Part shown: positions 47,431 to 57,102 of the stretch, piece after piece
Position numbering within the stretch: the first letter of the stretch is position 1
Layout of the letters: each line of letters opens with the position of its first letter
Assembly (NCBI GenBank): GCA_965237675.1
Contig: OZ250150.1
Coordinates: forward strand, 2,496,001 to 2,560,000
Length of the DNA stretch: 64,000 nt
From: Candidatus Latescibacterota bacterium
GTDB taxonomy: Bacteria; Latescibacterota; UBA2968; GCA-2709665
Direction: 5' to 3'
The notes under the pieces: generated by a model
Database searches by the model: none
The model's input: the letters and a program-made list of their open reading frames with translations, nothing else
Told to the model about the DNA's origin: nothing
Program-made: the position numbers and the translations under genes

Positions 47431-48067
47431 GAGTGAGCGGTTGAGCGGACTGGATGTGGTTGCTCAGTTTTCGAGTCGCGCCTTCCGGATCGGGCTGGCA
47501 GCAGACGGCTGAAATAACGGCGATGCCATGGGCCCCCGATGCGACCACGCCGGCCGCATTTTCCGCGCTGATTCCACCGATGGCAATCACGGGCGCCCGG
47601 ACGGCGCGGGCAAAATCGGCCAACTCTTGCAGTCCCTGCGCTTCGCCCGCGTCGCTCTTCGAGCCGGTTGGAAAGATGGGCCCGAATCCCACGTAATCCG
47701 CGCCGTCCGCGATGCCACGCCGGGCTTCGTCGAGGTTCCCGGCGGACACGCCGATGATCCGCTCTGCGGCTAATAGATTTCTGGCAAGCGCAACCGGGAA
47801 GTCGTCCTGGCCGAGGTGTACGCCGTGGGCGTCGGCTGCGAGGGCGACGTCGATTCTATCGTTGACAATGAGCGGGACCCCCGACCGGGCGCAGATGTCC
47901 CGCATGGCGCGAGCGGTTTCGATCATGTCGCGCGTGTGGCCGGTTTTCTGGCGGTATTGCACGGTGTCCGCGCCGCCCGCGACGGCCATCCGGGCCAGAT
48001 CGGCATGGGTGTAGCGGGTTTGCAGAACGGTGTCCGTGAGAACATGAAGGGCGCCGATTTTCTTCAT
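47387..48067 (-). CDS. thiE: Thiamine-phosphate synthase
   Basis: VQYRQK, IVNDRIDVA, GVHLGQDD, GPIFPTGSK and AIGGI. Confidence 0.95.
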   Translation of the reverse strand: MKKIGALHVLTDTVLQTRYTHADLARMAVAGGADTVQYRQKTGHTRDMIETARAMRDICARSGVPLIVNDRIDVALAADAHGVHLGQDDFPVALARNLLAAERIIGVSAGNLDEARRGIADGADYVGFGPIFPTGSKSDAGEAQGLQELADFARAVRAPVIAIGGISAENAAGVVASGAHGIAVISAVCCQPDPEGATRKLSNHIQSAQPLTHDRQYLRSTDPCRE

Positions 48068-48861
48068 TTATCGCCGTCGAGGAAGAAGAAGTGGTGCGTT
48101 GGACCGCGCCCGCGGCCGATGGAGAGGCCGTGGCGAATGGCTTCGGTGATGTACGTTTTCGCGTTTTCGACGGCCGATATGAGGCGCTGGCCTCTGGCGA
48201 GGTTCGCTGCGATGGCGGCCGATAGGGTACAACCCGTACCGTGCGTGTTTCGGGCTGGCAATCGTTCGCCGGAAAAGACAGTTTCTTCGGACCCGTCGAA
48301 GAACACGTCCACCGCGGAATGGGGATCGAACAGATGGCCGCCCTTGACCAGCACGGCCCCGGGGCCCGCATCGAAGATGATACGCGCGGCCGTCTTCGCG
48401 TGGTCCAGGTTTTCGACGGGTATGCCTGCCAGTATCTGAGCCTCCCGCAGGTTGGGCGTGACAAGTGCGGCCAGGGGCAGGAGGCGTTTCTTGACGCTCG
48501 CAACGGCTTCCGGTTCAAGCAGGTCGAAGCCGCTCGTGGAGATCATTACCGGATCGACAACGAGATTGGACACCTGCCGTTCCGCGAGTTTTTCAGCGAC
48601 GACGTTGACCACTTGACCGGACGAGAGCATGCCGGTCTTCACCGCTGAAACGTCGAAGTCGTCGAAAACAGTGTCGATCTGGGTTGCGATAAGGTCCACG
48701 GGCAATTCGAACGACCTTCTGATCTCCCTCGTGTTCTGGGCGGTAATCGCGGTGATGACCGATAGGCCGTAAACGCCATTGGCGTGAAAGGATTTGAGGT
48801 CGGCCTGGATGCCGGCCCCCCCGCCGGAGTCGGAACCGGCAATGGAAAGGACCTGTTTCAT
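48064..48861 (-). CDS. thiD: Hydroxymethylpyrimidine/phosphomethylpyrimidine kinase
   Basis: IAGSDSGGGAGIQADLK, TPNLREA and HGTGCTLS. Confidence 0.95.
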   Translation of the reverse strand: MKQVLSIAGSDSGGGAGIQADLKSFHANGVYGLSVITAITAQNTREIRRSFELPVDLIATQIDTVFDDFDVSAVKTGMLSSGQVVNVVAEKLAERQVSNLVVDPVMISTSGFDLLEPEAVASVKKRLLPLAALVTPNLREAQILAGIPVENLDHAKTAARIIFDAGPGAVLVKGGHLFDPHSAVDVFFDGSEETVFSGERLPARNTHGTGCTLSAAIAANLARGQRLISAVENAKTYITEAIRHGLSIGRGRGPTHHFFFLDGDK

Positions 48862-49523
48862 GGCGGCGGAGGACAAACGGGTTCGGGTGTCGAAGACCAG
48901 GCCTTGAGATAGGCCCTGACGGCGGAAGGGACGTTTCCGGCTGCGAGGATACCCGACATGACGGCCACGCCCGCGGCGCCCTCGCCTTTGCATGCGGCAA
49001 CCCGTTCGGGCGTGATGCCGCCCAGAGCGTAGACGGGACGGGATGACCATCCCGCCGCGAAGCGAAGGGCCCGGGGCCCCGTGCCGGGCCCGTATCCGGG
49101 TTTCGAGCCCGGACTGTGGATCGGGCTGAAGGTGAGAAAATCCGCGCCGTCTGCCTCCCCGCATTCCATTCTGTTGTGTGTCGAACGCCCGATGAGCAGG
49201 TGGTTTCCGAATTGTTGTCGAATGCTCGATGGGGCGGGTCCTGATGCGGGAAGGTGGACGCCCGCCGCGCCGATATCGCGTGCAAGCCCCGCATGGGTGT
49301 TGACGAGCAGGCGCGCGTCGTAATTCTCGACACGGCGCTGGAGACGTGCCGCAAGTCGACGGAGCGTTCCGACTTCGAGACGTTTTTCCCTCAACTGGAC
49401 GAGGCGGACGCCTGCGTCCAGCGCTTCCGCGAGTACGTCTTCCAGGAGACGGGGCGCACACGTTGCACGGTCTGCGATCAGATAAAGTGGCGGCAACCTC
49501 ATCGCACGTGCGGTCTCATTCAT
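48858..49523 (-). CDS. ThiE/TenI family protein (probably TenI-like thiazole tautomerase)
   Basis: [24 protein letters not shown] and YALGGIT; lacks the ND and GQDD motifs of ThiE. Confidence 0.75.
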   Translation of the reverse strand: MNETARAMRLPPLYLIADRATCAPRLLEDVLAEALDAGVRLVQLREKRLEVGTLRRLAARLQRRVENYDARLLVNTHAGLARDIGAAGVHLPASGPAPSSIRQQFGNHLLIGRSTHNRMECGEADGADFLTFSPIHSPGSKPGYGPGTGPRALRFAAGWSSRPVYALGGITPERVAACKGEGAAGVAVMSGILAAGNVPSAVRAYLKAWSSTPEPVCPPPP

Positions 49524-50295
49524 GGCTGACCGCGCCCTCCGTGGGCGTGGAAGCCGTGGCGTAGAGTCTTTGCGGGATGCGCCCCGCCTCGTACGCGAGA
49601 CGGCCTGCGCGGACAGCCTGACCCATGGCTTCGGCCATTCGTACGGGGTGGCGGGCGCCGGCCACGGCCGTATTCAGCATCACGCCGTCGCAGCCGAGTT
49701 CCATCGCCTCCGCCGCGTCGGAGGCGGTGCCCACACCGGCGTCGACGATAACGGGGAGATCGACCGTGTCCAGGATAATGCGGAGGTTGTAGGGGTTTCG
49801 TATGCCCATTCCCGAGCCGATGGGGGCGCCAAGCGGCATGACCGCGGCGCAGCCGGCGTCCTCCAGTTTCTTGCAGGTGACGGGGTCGTCGTTGCAGTAG
49901 GGCAACACCGTAAAGCCGTCTCGAATCAGTTCCTGCGCCGCCTCCAACAGCCCCGCCACGTCCGGGAAGAGGGTGTTCTCGTCGCCGATAACTTCCAGCT
50001 TGATCAGGTCGGTTGCCAGGGCTTCGCGCGCGAGCCTGGCCGTGAGCACGGCGTCCCGGGCGGTGAAACATCCCGCGGTGTTGGGCAGCAGCGTATATCT
50101 TTTTCGGTCGATCAGATCGATCAGGCTTTCGCCGGAGGGATCCTCCAGGTTGATCCGCCGGATGCCAACGGTCACGATGTTCGCGCCGCTGGCGTGGATG
50201 GCGTCCAGCATGATCTGCATGTTGGGATAACGGGCCGTCCCGATGATGAGACGGGAAGCGTACGTCGCGCCTGCAATGGTCAGACCATCAGACAT
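49516..50295 (-). CDS. thiG: Thiazole synthase
   Basis: [25 protein letters not shown] and VDAGVG. Confidence 0.97.
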   Translation of the reverse strand: MSDGLTIAGATYASRLIIGTARYPNMQIMLDAIHASGANIVTVGIRRINLEDPSGESLIDLIDRKRYTLLPNTAGCFTARDAVLTARLAREALATDLIKLEVIGDENTLFPDVAGLLEAAQELIRDGFTVLPYCNDDPVTCKKLEDAGCAAVMPLGAPIGSGMGIRNPYNLRIILDTVDLPVIVDAGVGTASDAAEAMELGCDGVMLNTAVAGARHPVRMAEAMGQAVRAGRLAYEAGRIPQRLYATASTPTEGAVSHE

Positions 50296-50426
50296 ATTAC
50301 CCCCCTCTGACAAACCGTTCGGACATACGTGCCGCCTGAACCGGATGCCCTTTCGACCTGGTCGACAACGGAATGACGTCGCGCACCGCGCCCTGCGCTC
50401 GCGGCGCGGGCGGCCGGGACAGAACG

Positions 50427-50633
50427 CTATCCGCCCTGTACCGCGGCGATGACGTCCACCCTGTCCCCGTTCTCCAGGCGGGTTGACGACCACGCCGCCC
50501 TGGATACGATTTCGGCGTTGACGGCAACGGCGATGCCCTTGCGGCCCGGGTCGTGTGAAAGGTCAATCAGCAGATCCCGGACGAAGATGCCGTTTCTGAC
50601 CGTTCTTTCTTCTCCGTTCACAATGATCTGCAT
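50427..50633 (-). CDS. thiS: Sulfur carrier protein ThiS
   Basis: IVNGE, AVAVN and C-terminal GG. Confidence 0.95.
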   Translation of the reverse strand: MQIIVNGEERTVRNGIFVRDLLIDLSHDPGRKGIAVAVNAEIVSRAAWSSTRLENGDRVDVIAAVQGG

Positions 50634-50644
50634 CGGATTCCGTT

Positions 50645-51781
50645 TCAGGAGAAAAACCGGTCGATGCCGAACGGTCGGATATCGTCCGGTGTGTTGCCGG
50701 TCAGCACGAGTTCGGCCACCGCATAGGCGGTGACCGGCGCCAGCAGGACGCCCTTGCGGTAGTGGCCCGTGGCCACAATGAGGCCGTCCACGGGGGTTGT
50801 TCCCAGAATGGGCGCGTCGTCCCGGCTGCCCGGGCGAAGGCCGGCGACGGTTTCGATAATTGGCAGGTCGTAGATTCCCGGAACGACCTCCCAGGCGGCG
50901 CGCAGAAGTTCGAAGATGCCGCCCGCCGTCAAGCTCTGATCATAACCCATTTCTTCGGACGTGGCCCCCAAAACCAGACGCCCGCCCACTTTCGGACACA
51001 GGTAGGCGACCGCCGATGAGGCGGTCCGGTTGTACCAGACGATGGTTTTCAGGGTGCAGTCGTCGGTCATTTGCAGTCGGAGGATCTGGCCCCGCACGGG
51101 GCGAACCGGGGGTTTGGCGGCGTCGGGCAGGCCCGGAATGAGAGGGGACCAGCAGCCGGCTGCGAGGATGACGGTCGCAGCGGAGTACGGTTCATCTCCG
51201 GCGCTTATCCCATGGACCCGGTTCTGAACAATGTCGATGGTTTCGACCGGCGTGCATTCTCTGAGGGATCCGCCGGCCTTGAGAAATGCCCGCCGCAGGG
51301 CTTTGACCAGCAGGCGATTGTCCACCTGATGGTCACCCGGGCACCAGACCGCGGCGCCGATCTGAGGCGAGAGATGAGGCTCCCGTGCGCGCGCCTGGGC
51401 TCCGTTCAACCACTCGACGGGCAGGCCCAGGTCCCGCTGATAGTCATAGCGGAACCGTAGGTATTCGATATCGTCGCGGGTGATGCCGACCAGAAGGACG
51501 CCGTCGGGTCGATAGGCGACAGATAAACCGCTGTCGGATTCGAGTTCCGCGACAAAATCCGGGAAACGCCGCAGACTTTTCAGGCCGAGTTGGAGGAGCG
51601 CTTCTTCTTCGTGACGCACCTCCGCCAGGGGCGTGAGCATACCGGCTGAGGCCCGACTTGCCGCCTGGCCTGCGCGGTCTTTATCGAAAATCAGGACGTC
51701 CCGGCCCGCCCTGGCCAGTTGCCAGCCGATGCCGAGCCCGATGATGCCCGCGCCAATGATAATGATCCGGTCTGATGGCAC
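50645..51781 (-). CDS. thiO: Glycine oxidase
   Basis: IGAGIIG, ASAGML, PVRGQ, AGLRP and GHYRKGVLLAP; GTG start. Confidence 0.92.
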   Translation of the reverse strand: MPSDRIIIIGAGIIGLGIGWQLARAGRDVLIFDKDRAGQAASRASAGMLTPLAEVRHEEEALLQLGLKSLRRFPDFVAELESDSGLSVAYRPDGVLLVGITRDDIEYLRFRYDYQRDLGLPVEWLNGAQARAREPHLSPQIGAAVWCPGDHQVDNRLLVKALRRAFLKAGGSLRECTPVETIDIVQNRVHGISAGDEPYSAATVILAAGCWSPLIPGLPDAAKPPVRPVRGQILRLQMTDDCTLKTIVWYNRTASSAVAYLCPKVGGRLVLGATSEEMGYDQSLTAGGIFELLRAAWEVVPGIYDLPIIETVAGLRPGSRDDAPILGTTPVDGLIVATGHYRKGVLLAPVTAYAVAELVLTGNTPDDIRPFGIDRFFS

Positions 51782-51794
51782 CTGATGAAATCCC

Positions 51795-51835
51795 AAAAAA
51801 GCCGCCGCCCTCGATCTGGTCGAAAAGCGGCTGGG
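51795..51835 (-). terminator. Riboswitch expression-platform terminator
   Basis: On the minus strand, AGCCGC...GCGGCT followed by a T-run, between the aptamer and thiO. Confidence 0.6.
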
Positions 51836-51844
51836 GTGCGGTTC

Positions 51845-51926
51845 TTCGACTCCCTGCGCCGGCATAATCCGGATCAGGTTCAAAGGGTATGTTCTCAGCT
51901 CAGCGGGCGAGCACCCCTGCGTTGTT
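51845..51926 (-). ncRNA. TPP riboswitch
   Basis: The minus strand reads AGGGGTGC...CTGAGA..ATACCCTTTGAACCTGATCCGGATTATGCCGGCGCAGGGA, the THI-box consensus, upstream of the thi genes. Confidence 0.97.
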
Positions 51927-51934
51927 ATGGGACA

Positions 51935-51963
51935 AAGATAGGAGTTCGGCCGCCCTCCGTCAA
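51935..51963 (-). promoter_or_regulatory. sigma70 promoter of the thi operon
   Basis: TTGACG-17 nt-TATCTT immediately upstream of the riboswitch. Confidence 0.7.
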
Positions 51964-52005
51964 GCGATTCCGCTTGACATCGACGGTTGATTGATTATTA
52001 AAGGC

Positions 52006-52399
52006 GGTGAGAAGAAAGAGGAAAGACGGGAGACGAGAGAAGAGCGAATCCTTTTGTGTCATTTTTCAAATTTAACGTCTTACACTTACGCCTTTGGGAT
52101 GTATTGAATGTTTGGGCTGACCGCTTTTCTCACTTCGGCTGGCAAGCAAGGAGGAAGAGGTGAGAAGGGTTGGTGACCTTGTCCAATGATTCCCCCGTAT
52201 CAGGATCCTCGCTAACAGGAAGGCAAAAGGACTCCCATCGCGAGGGCAAGATGGGGATGTGGGCGACCACAAGGGTCGCCCCTACAAATGGAACATGGAC
52301 ATGGACATTGATAGAATGATATCTCCGCCGTTGAAGCTGACCGCTGTGGATGTGGTTGGGATGGGTGGCATTCTTCCTTCTCGCTTCTAACGTCTTACG
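52006..52399. repeat. Degenerate heptad arrays in inverted pairs
   Basis: Forward GGTGAGA AGAAAGA GGAAAGA CGGGAGA CGAGAGA at 52006-52040 with reverse at 52071-52090; forward at about 52152-52165 with reverse TCTTCCT TCTCGCT TCTAACG TCTTACG at 52372-52399. Confidence 0.7.
52261..52285 (-). repeat. GTAG-type REP element
   Basis: The minus strand reads GTAGGGGCGACCCTTGTGGTCGCCC. Confidence 0.8.
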
Positions 52400-52417
52400 C
52401 TTTATAGGGAGGACTTT

Positions 52418-53614
52418 GTGTCGGATTTCAAACTGAAGGTTCAGGCCGGACCCCACCGGCGTGTCGGATGTCCGGTATCCGTGTTCGTGGAACGATCCGG
52501 GAAAATGCAGCATATCTTCGATCTTCTGGATCGACTGAGGCACCGGGAACGGAATGGAACACTGGTTGGCCCGGATGGGAATACGCCCTGCCAGGTGTGT
52601 CCCGAGGAGGACGGCGTGCGGGTCAGCTGGATCGTGGAAGATCTGCCAGCGGGTGAGACGGCGGGCTATGAACTGGATTTCGGTGGGCAGACGACATCCG
52701 AAGGCGGGGTCGAGTTGTCGGAAGCAGACGACAGGATACAGGTTCAGATTGACGGCGCCTATTTTACGAGCTATTGCTTCGGAAATGACCTGGTGAGACC
52801 GCACCTTTACCCGGTCATCGGACCGTACGGCGATGGAATCACGCGCAGGTTGATCAAGCCAGGGGAGGGCGACCATCACCACCACCGCTCCATCTGGATC
52901 TCGCACGGACACGTGAATGGATGGAATAACTGGGGGGAGGGCGAGGGGCACGCGTGGACGAGGCACCAGCGATTCGAGGGCCTGGAAAGCGGTCCGGTCT
53001 ATGGCCGGATCGTGTCGATCAGCAACTGGGAGGGCGCCGAGGCCTGGCGCGGGGAGCACGGATCGAACGTGATCTGCGAGGAACGCGCGGAGTGGACGTT
53101 CTACCGCACGGGTCCGGATGTACGCATCTTTGACCTGCGCGTCACGCTGACGGCCCCGGGAATCGACGTTCTTTTCGGCGACACGAAAGAAGGCGGCATG
53201 GCTTCCATTCGCCTTGTCGAGTCGATGGAAGTGCGGGCCGGCGAGGGCGGAAAAATCAAAAACGCAATCGGGGGCGTCAACGAGGAGGAGACCTGGGGCA
53301 AACGAGCGGCCTGGTGCCACTATTCCGGACCGGTGAACGGCAACCCTGTGGGTGTGGCCATTATGGACCATCCCGACAGTTTTCGGCATCCCACCTACTG
53401 GCACGTCCGCAACTACGGCCTGATGACGGCCAACCCCTTCGGTCACTCGCATTTTCACAGCGATCCGAAACGGCGTGGGAACCACGTGCTTTCGCCCGGC
53501 GAGTCCCTGACGGGCCTATACAGGTTTTACGTACACAGGGGAGATGCGGCGGAGGGACAGGTCTCGGAACGCTACCATGATTTCGCGCATCCGCCGGTTG
53601 TGGAGGTCGAGTAG
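52418..53614 (+). CDS. DUF6807/'PmoA-family' carbohydrate-associated protein
   Basis: RPHLYPV, DHHHHRSIW, TKEGG, DHPDSFRHPTYWHVRNYGLMTANPF. Confidence 0.75.
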   Translation: MSDFKLKVQAGPHRRVGCPVSVFVERSGKMQHIFDLLDRLRHRERNGTLVGPDGNTPCQVCPEEDGVRVSWIVEDLPAGETAGYELDFGGQTTSEGGVELSEADDRIQVQIDGAYFTSYCFGNDLVRPHLYPVIGPYGDGITRRLIKPGEGDHHHHRSIWISHGHVNGWNNWGEGEGHAWTRHQRFEGLESGPVYGRIVSISNWEGAEAWRGEHGSNVICEERAEWTFYRTGPDVRIFDLRVTLTAPGIDVLFGDTKEGGMASIRLVESMEVRAGEGGKIKNAIGGVNEEETWGKRAAWCHYSGPVNGNPVGVAIMDHPDSFRHPTYWHVRNYGLMTANPFGHSHFHSDPKRRGNHVLSPGESLTGLYRFYVHRGDAAEGQVSERYHDFAHPPVVEVE

Positions 53615-53660
53615 GACGTATACGCAGCGCGCCGTCTCTCGTTAGGATGGGAATGGCCGG

Positions 53661-55100
53661 ATGGCCGAAATCCTTGAGCGACCACATCTCGTCTTCATCA
53701 CCACGGACCAGCACCGGGGCGACTGCACCGGTATCGACGGGCATCCGATTCTGGAAACACCGCATCTCGACCAGCTTGCGAACGAGGGGGTCTATTTCAC
53801 CAGAGCGTATTCGCCCTGTCCGGTTTGCGTGCCCGCGCGCATGGTCATGATGACGGGTCAGTCGCCGTATAACACCGGTTTCTTCACCAATTCGAACCGC
53901 ACGCTGGAGCGGCCCGAGACCCTGCCCGGAATCCTGGGCGGGATGGGATATCAGACACAGCTGATCGGCAAGGCGCACTTCAGCCCGCAACGCGCGCGCC
54001 TGGGATTCGACAATACCATTATTAACGAGTCCGGCCGGTACCGGGAGGGCGACGATTATCACCGGTGGTTGAGCAAGACGCCATACGCGGGGTTGGAGCG
54101 GGCCACGAGCATCGGAAACAACGATGTATTCTCCCGAAGGTCGGTCGTACCCGAGACGCATCACGTGAATACCTGGACGGCAAACGAGTGCATCGAGTTT
54201 CTGGACAGGAGGGATCCCACCTGTCCGTTTTTTCTTTGGATGTCTTTCAGCCGGCCACATTCGCAATACGATCCGCCAGCGCCGTACGACGCCTGGTACG
54301 ATCCGGAAGATGTGCCGCCGCCCATACCGACCCCCGGCGACGACTTTCTTCCCCCGGAATTGAGGGAGGCGCCCGTGCGCTACGACTGGGATCGCATGTC
54401 GCCTGCGCGGATCGCCCGGGCGCGGCAGCATTACTTCGGGCAGATTACCCATATCGACCATCAGATCGGGCGGTTCTTTGCCGCGCTCCGCTGGAAGGGG
54501 TTGTGGGACAATACACTGGTGATCTTTACCTCGGACCACGGAGATATGATGGGAGATTACGGTCTCTTCTTCAAATCCCATTTCTTTGAGGGTTCCGGTC
54601 GCGTGCCGATGATCTTACGTCCGCCGGGAGGTTGGGAGGGGGCGATCCCGGCCCAGCGGTACGAGAAGCCGGTGTCGCTGGTGGATATGCTGCCCACGCT
54701 GGTGTCGGCGGCAGGGGGCCGTGTCCCGGATCGCGCGGACGGAGTGTCGCTGCTGCCCGCGCTGCGAGGCAGAGATCCGGTTGGAGATCGGATATTTCAC
54801 GGAGAAATCGGTGGGGAGAAGCGGCGCCACCACTGCCTGACGGACGGGCGGTACAAGTACATGTGGTTCCGGCTCGGCGGCCGGGAGTATCTGTTCGACC
54901 TCAAGGAAGATCCGAACGAGGTAAATAACCTGGCCGCAGATGAAGCCCGTGTGATCGAATGGAGAAACCGGTTGATTAAACTCCTCGAACTGCGCGGCGA
55001 TCAGGCAGTACGCAATGGCGCGTTACTTCCCACCACGTATGAGCCCACGCCTGAGGCGGAATTACGGGCCATAGATCCCTTCGGCAGAAGACCGCATTAG
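53661..55100 (+). CDS. Cys-type (formylglycine) sulfatase
   Basis: TDQHRGD, CVPAR (CxPxR), GKAH, SDHGD and LFDLKEDPNE. Confidence 0.93.
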   Translation: MAEILERPHLVFITTDQHRGDCTGIDGHPILETPHLDQLANEGVYFTRAYSPCPVCVPARMVMMTGQSPYNTGFFTNSNRTLERPETLPGILGGMGYQTQLIGKAHFSPQRARLGFDNTIINESGRYREGDDYHRWLSKTPYAGLERATSIGNNDVFSRRSVVPETHHVNTWTANECIEFLDRRDPTCPFFLWMSFSRPHSQYDPPAPYDAWYDPEDVPPPIPTPGDDFLPPELREAPVRYDWDRMSPARIARARQHYFGQITHIDHQIGRFFAALRWKGLWDNTLVIFTSDHGDMMGDYGLFFKSHFFEGSGRVPMILRPPGGWEGAIPAQRYEKPVSLVDMLPTLVSAAGGRVPDRADGVSLLPALRGRDPVGDRIFHGEIGGEKRRHHCLTDGRYKYMWFRLGGREYLFDLKEDPNEVNNLAADEARVIEWRNRLIKLLELRGDQAVRNGALLPTTYEPTPEAELRAIDPFGRRPH

Positions 55101-55292
55101 TCCGGGAAACGACAGGATAGGACACGTGTTGGATGTGCCGCCGTGCAGGATGCGGAGGCCGACTGGAAAGACGTTCCGTCATTGAGAATGTCTCTTCGAT
55201 GTTGCACAAGCAATGTATATCGCAACCTGCTTTCCCGCCACGTGCATCCGCGTGCGGGTTTCATAAGGGCACAAAACGGGGATCCGATTTTT

Positions 55293-55775
55293 GTGGCTGA
55301 ATCTCTTGAAGAGCGATTGGGTCGAATGCTGGTCGAGCGGAGTTGGACCCTTTCGGTGGCCGAGACCACGACGGGTGGGTTGATCTGCGCCAGGATCGTG
55401 GGTACACCGGGCAGTTCGGCTTACTTCGAACGCGGCGTGGTGGCTTACAGTACGAAGGCCAAAATCCAGGCGCTGGAGATATCCGAATCCCTGCTGGAGA
55501 GCTGTGGGACCGTCAGTGAGGAGGTGGCCGTGGCCATGGCCGAAGCTGTGGCCAGGGCGGGCCATACAACGCTGGGCCTGGCCGAAACGGGCCTTGCCGG
55601 TCCGATTCGGGGGCGCTCCGCCAAGCCCCTCGGGACGGCATATATTGCGCTTTGTACGCCGGAAGGCACGCGATGCGAACGCTTTGCGTTCGAAGGCGAC
55701 CGGCGTGGGATTCGCGAACGGATTGCCGAGCAGGCGCTGGCGATGGCGGTTGCCTATGCGAAAGATGCCGCTTGA
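55293..55775 (+). CDS. CinA C-terminal domain / NMN deamidase PncC-like
   Basis: VAETTTGGLI, PGSSAYF, VSEEVAVAMA and TGLAGP; the usual ESC motif reads ETT. Confidence 0.85.
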   Translation: MAESLEERLGRMLVERSWTLSVAETTTGGLICARIVGTPGSSAYFERGVVAYSTKAKIQALEISESLLESCGTVSEEVAVAMAEAVARAGHTTLGLAETGLAGPIRGRSAKPLGTAYIALCTPEGTRCERFAFEGDRRGIRERIAEQALAMAVAYAKDAA

Positions 55776-55800
55776 CACCGGTTGGTTATTATCATACATT
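55772..55800 (+). promoter_or_regulatory. sigma70 promoter of infA
   Basis: TTGACA-17 nt-TACATT. Confidence 0.7.
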
Positions 55801-55848
55801 CAAACTTCGATCTGAAGAAGGTCCCCTTAATCAGAAGTTGGAGGTGGC

Positions 55849-56133
55849 ATGGCAAAAGAGGAGAAGGTTTCCCTCGAAGGAACCGTCGCGGACACGCTTC
55901 CCGACGGACAGTATATGGTGGAAGTGGAGGGGGGGCATCAGATTCTGGGTTACACGTCCGGCAAGATGCGCCGGTTCAACATCCGGGTTCTGGTGGGCGA
56001 CCGAGTGACGATCGAGACCTCGCCTTACGATTTGAATCGTGGGCGCATCGTGTGGCTGCACCGGTTGCCCCCACCCGAAAATGGTGGCGCGCGGCGCAAG
56101 TCGGGTGGTAACCGACCCAGGCGCCGGCGTTAA
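55849..56133 (+). CDS. infA: Translation initiation factor IF-1 with a basic C-terminal tail
   Basis: MAKEE, SGKMRR and GDRV...SPYDLNRGRI; RBS GGAGG. Confidence 0.93.
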   Translation: MAKEEKVSLEGTVADTLPDGQYMVEVEGGHQILGYTSGKMRRFNIRVLVGDRVTIETSPYDLNRGRIVWLHRLPPPENGGARRKSGGNRPRRRR

Positions 56134-56250
56134 CCCGGTGGTCGCCTTCGCCCGCATTTCGGCGGAGTTCCGATCTATACGTGCCTCTGTCCCAATAGCG
56201 ATGTAACAGCGGCTGCATGAGTTGTATATTGTTACTACCCTGAACTTGCT

Positions 56251-56288
56251 CGGGCCGATTCTTAATATTGATCGGCCCATGTTTTTTG
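56251..56288 (+). terminator. Putative intrinsic terminator after infA
   Basis: GGGCCGAT...ATCGGCCC followed by ATGTTTTTT. Confidence 0.5.
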
Positions 56289-56480
56289 GTACCTCGGATT
56301 CCTTCCTTCTCACCCGTCCTTACGATGTGGCCGCACAACCTCGCGTCGTCGCCGCCGGTATCGGCGAAGTCCCCGATAGTCGGCCGCTGAATTCCTGCCG
56401 CATCGAGCCCGGCACCCGCTCCAACCCGGGTCGTCACGTCTCCGAATGGATAGAGCGGGTTCACCGTCGGGGGGTAACGG

Positions 56481-56969
56481 ATGGCAAAGACCGCCGCGGA
56501 TAGCAAGGCGAAGTTTCAGCCGTACCACGACGAGTTCGATTCGCTCAGGAAGGGACTGAAGAAAATGGCCTGGGCAAAGGACTGGAATTTCAAAGCGGAG
56601 ATGTTCGGAGAGCCCAGGATCCGGGGCGCGTCCATTCGAATGTGGAAGAAGCGCTGGCCTGAAGAGATCCACTTCGAGAGCTGGGTCGGGAATGCCGATA
56701 TTGAACGCGGCAGCGCGACGCTCGCATTTCATCTCGAGACACCGCTGGGCGACTTCGGCGTCCGGCGCAACGAATTCAACCGGCTGCTGATTGAGCGCGG
56801 GGCAGAGATGATGGGCGATTGGAAGGGATTTACCCTGTCGCCCAGGTCGTTCCAGACCATCAAACGCCATGTCCGTTTTGAACAGGGTAAAATCGCGGAA
56901 GCGCTAACACCCGAGTTCAGCCGGCTACAGCGTCTGGGCGAGCCCATTGACCAGGCTCTGAACCTGTGA
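56481..56969 (+). CDS. Hypothetical protein
   Basis: 162 aa ORF with genome-typical codon usage and a G-rich RBS; no motif recognised. Confidence 0.7.
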   Translation: MAKTAADSKAKFQPYHDEFDSLRKGLKKMAWAKDWNFKAEMFGEPRIRGASIRMWKKRWPEEIHFESWVGNADIERGSATLAFHLETPLGDFGVRRNEFNRLLIERGAEMMGDWKGFTLSPRSFQTIKRHVRFEQGKIAEALTPEFSRLQRLGEPIDQALNL

Positions 56970-57102
56970 ATAGCGAGCGAGGCCAGCGGCCCTCGGTTCA
57001 TTGATGCCCGGCCACGCCGATCCGCGATCAATTTGCGAGAAGAGATGCGCGCCGCCGGATGAAGGCGACCGGTTCCCGACGTTCAAAGAAAAGGAGTTGA
57101 AG

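Noticed and set aside
52418-53614. Particulate methane monooxygenase
   Set aside because: It is a soluble beta-rich protein with no TM helices and no pmoC or pmoB; the family name is misleading.
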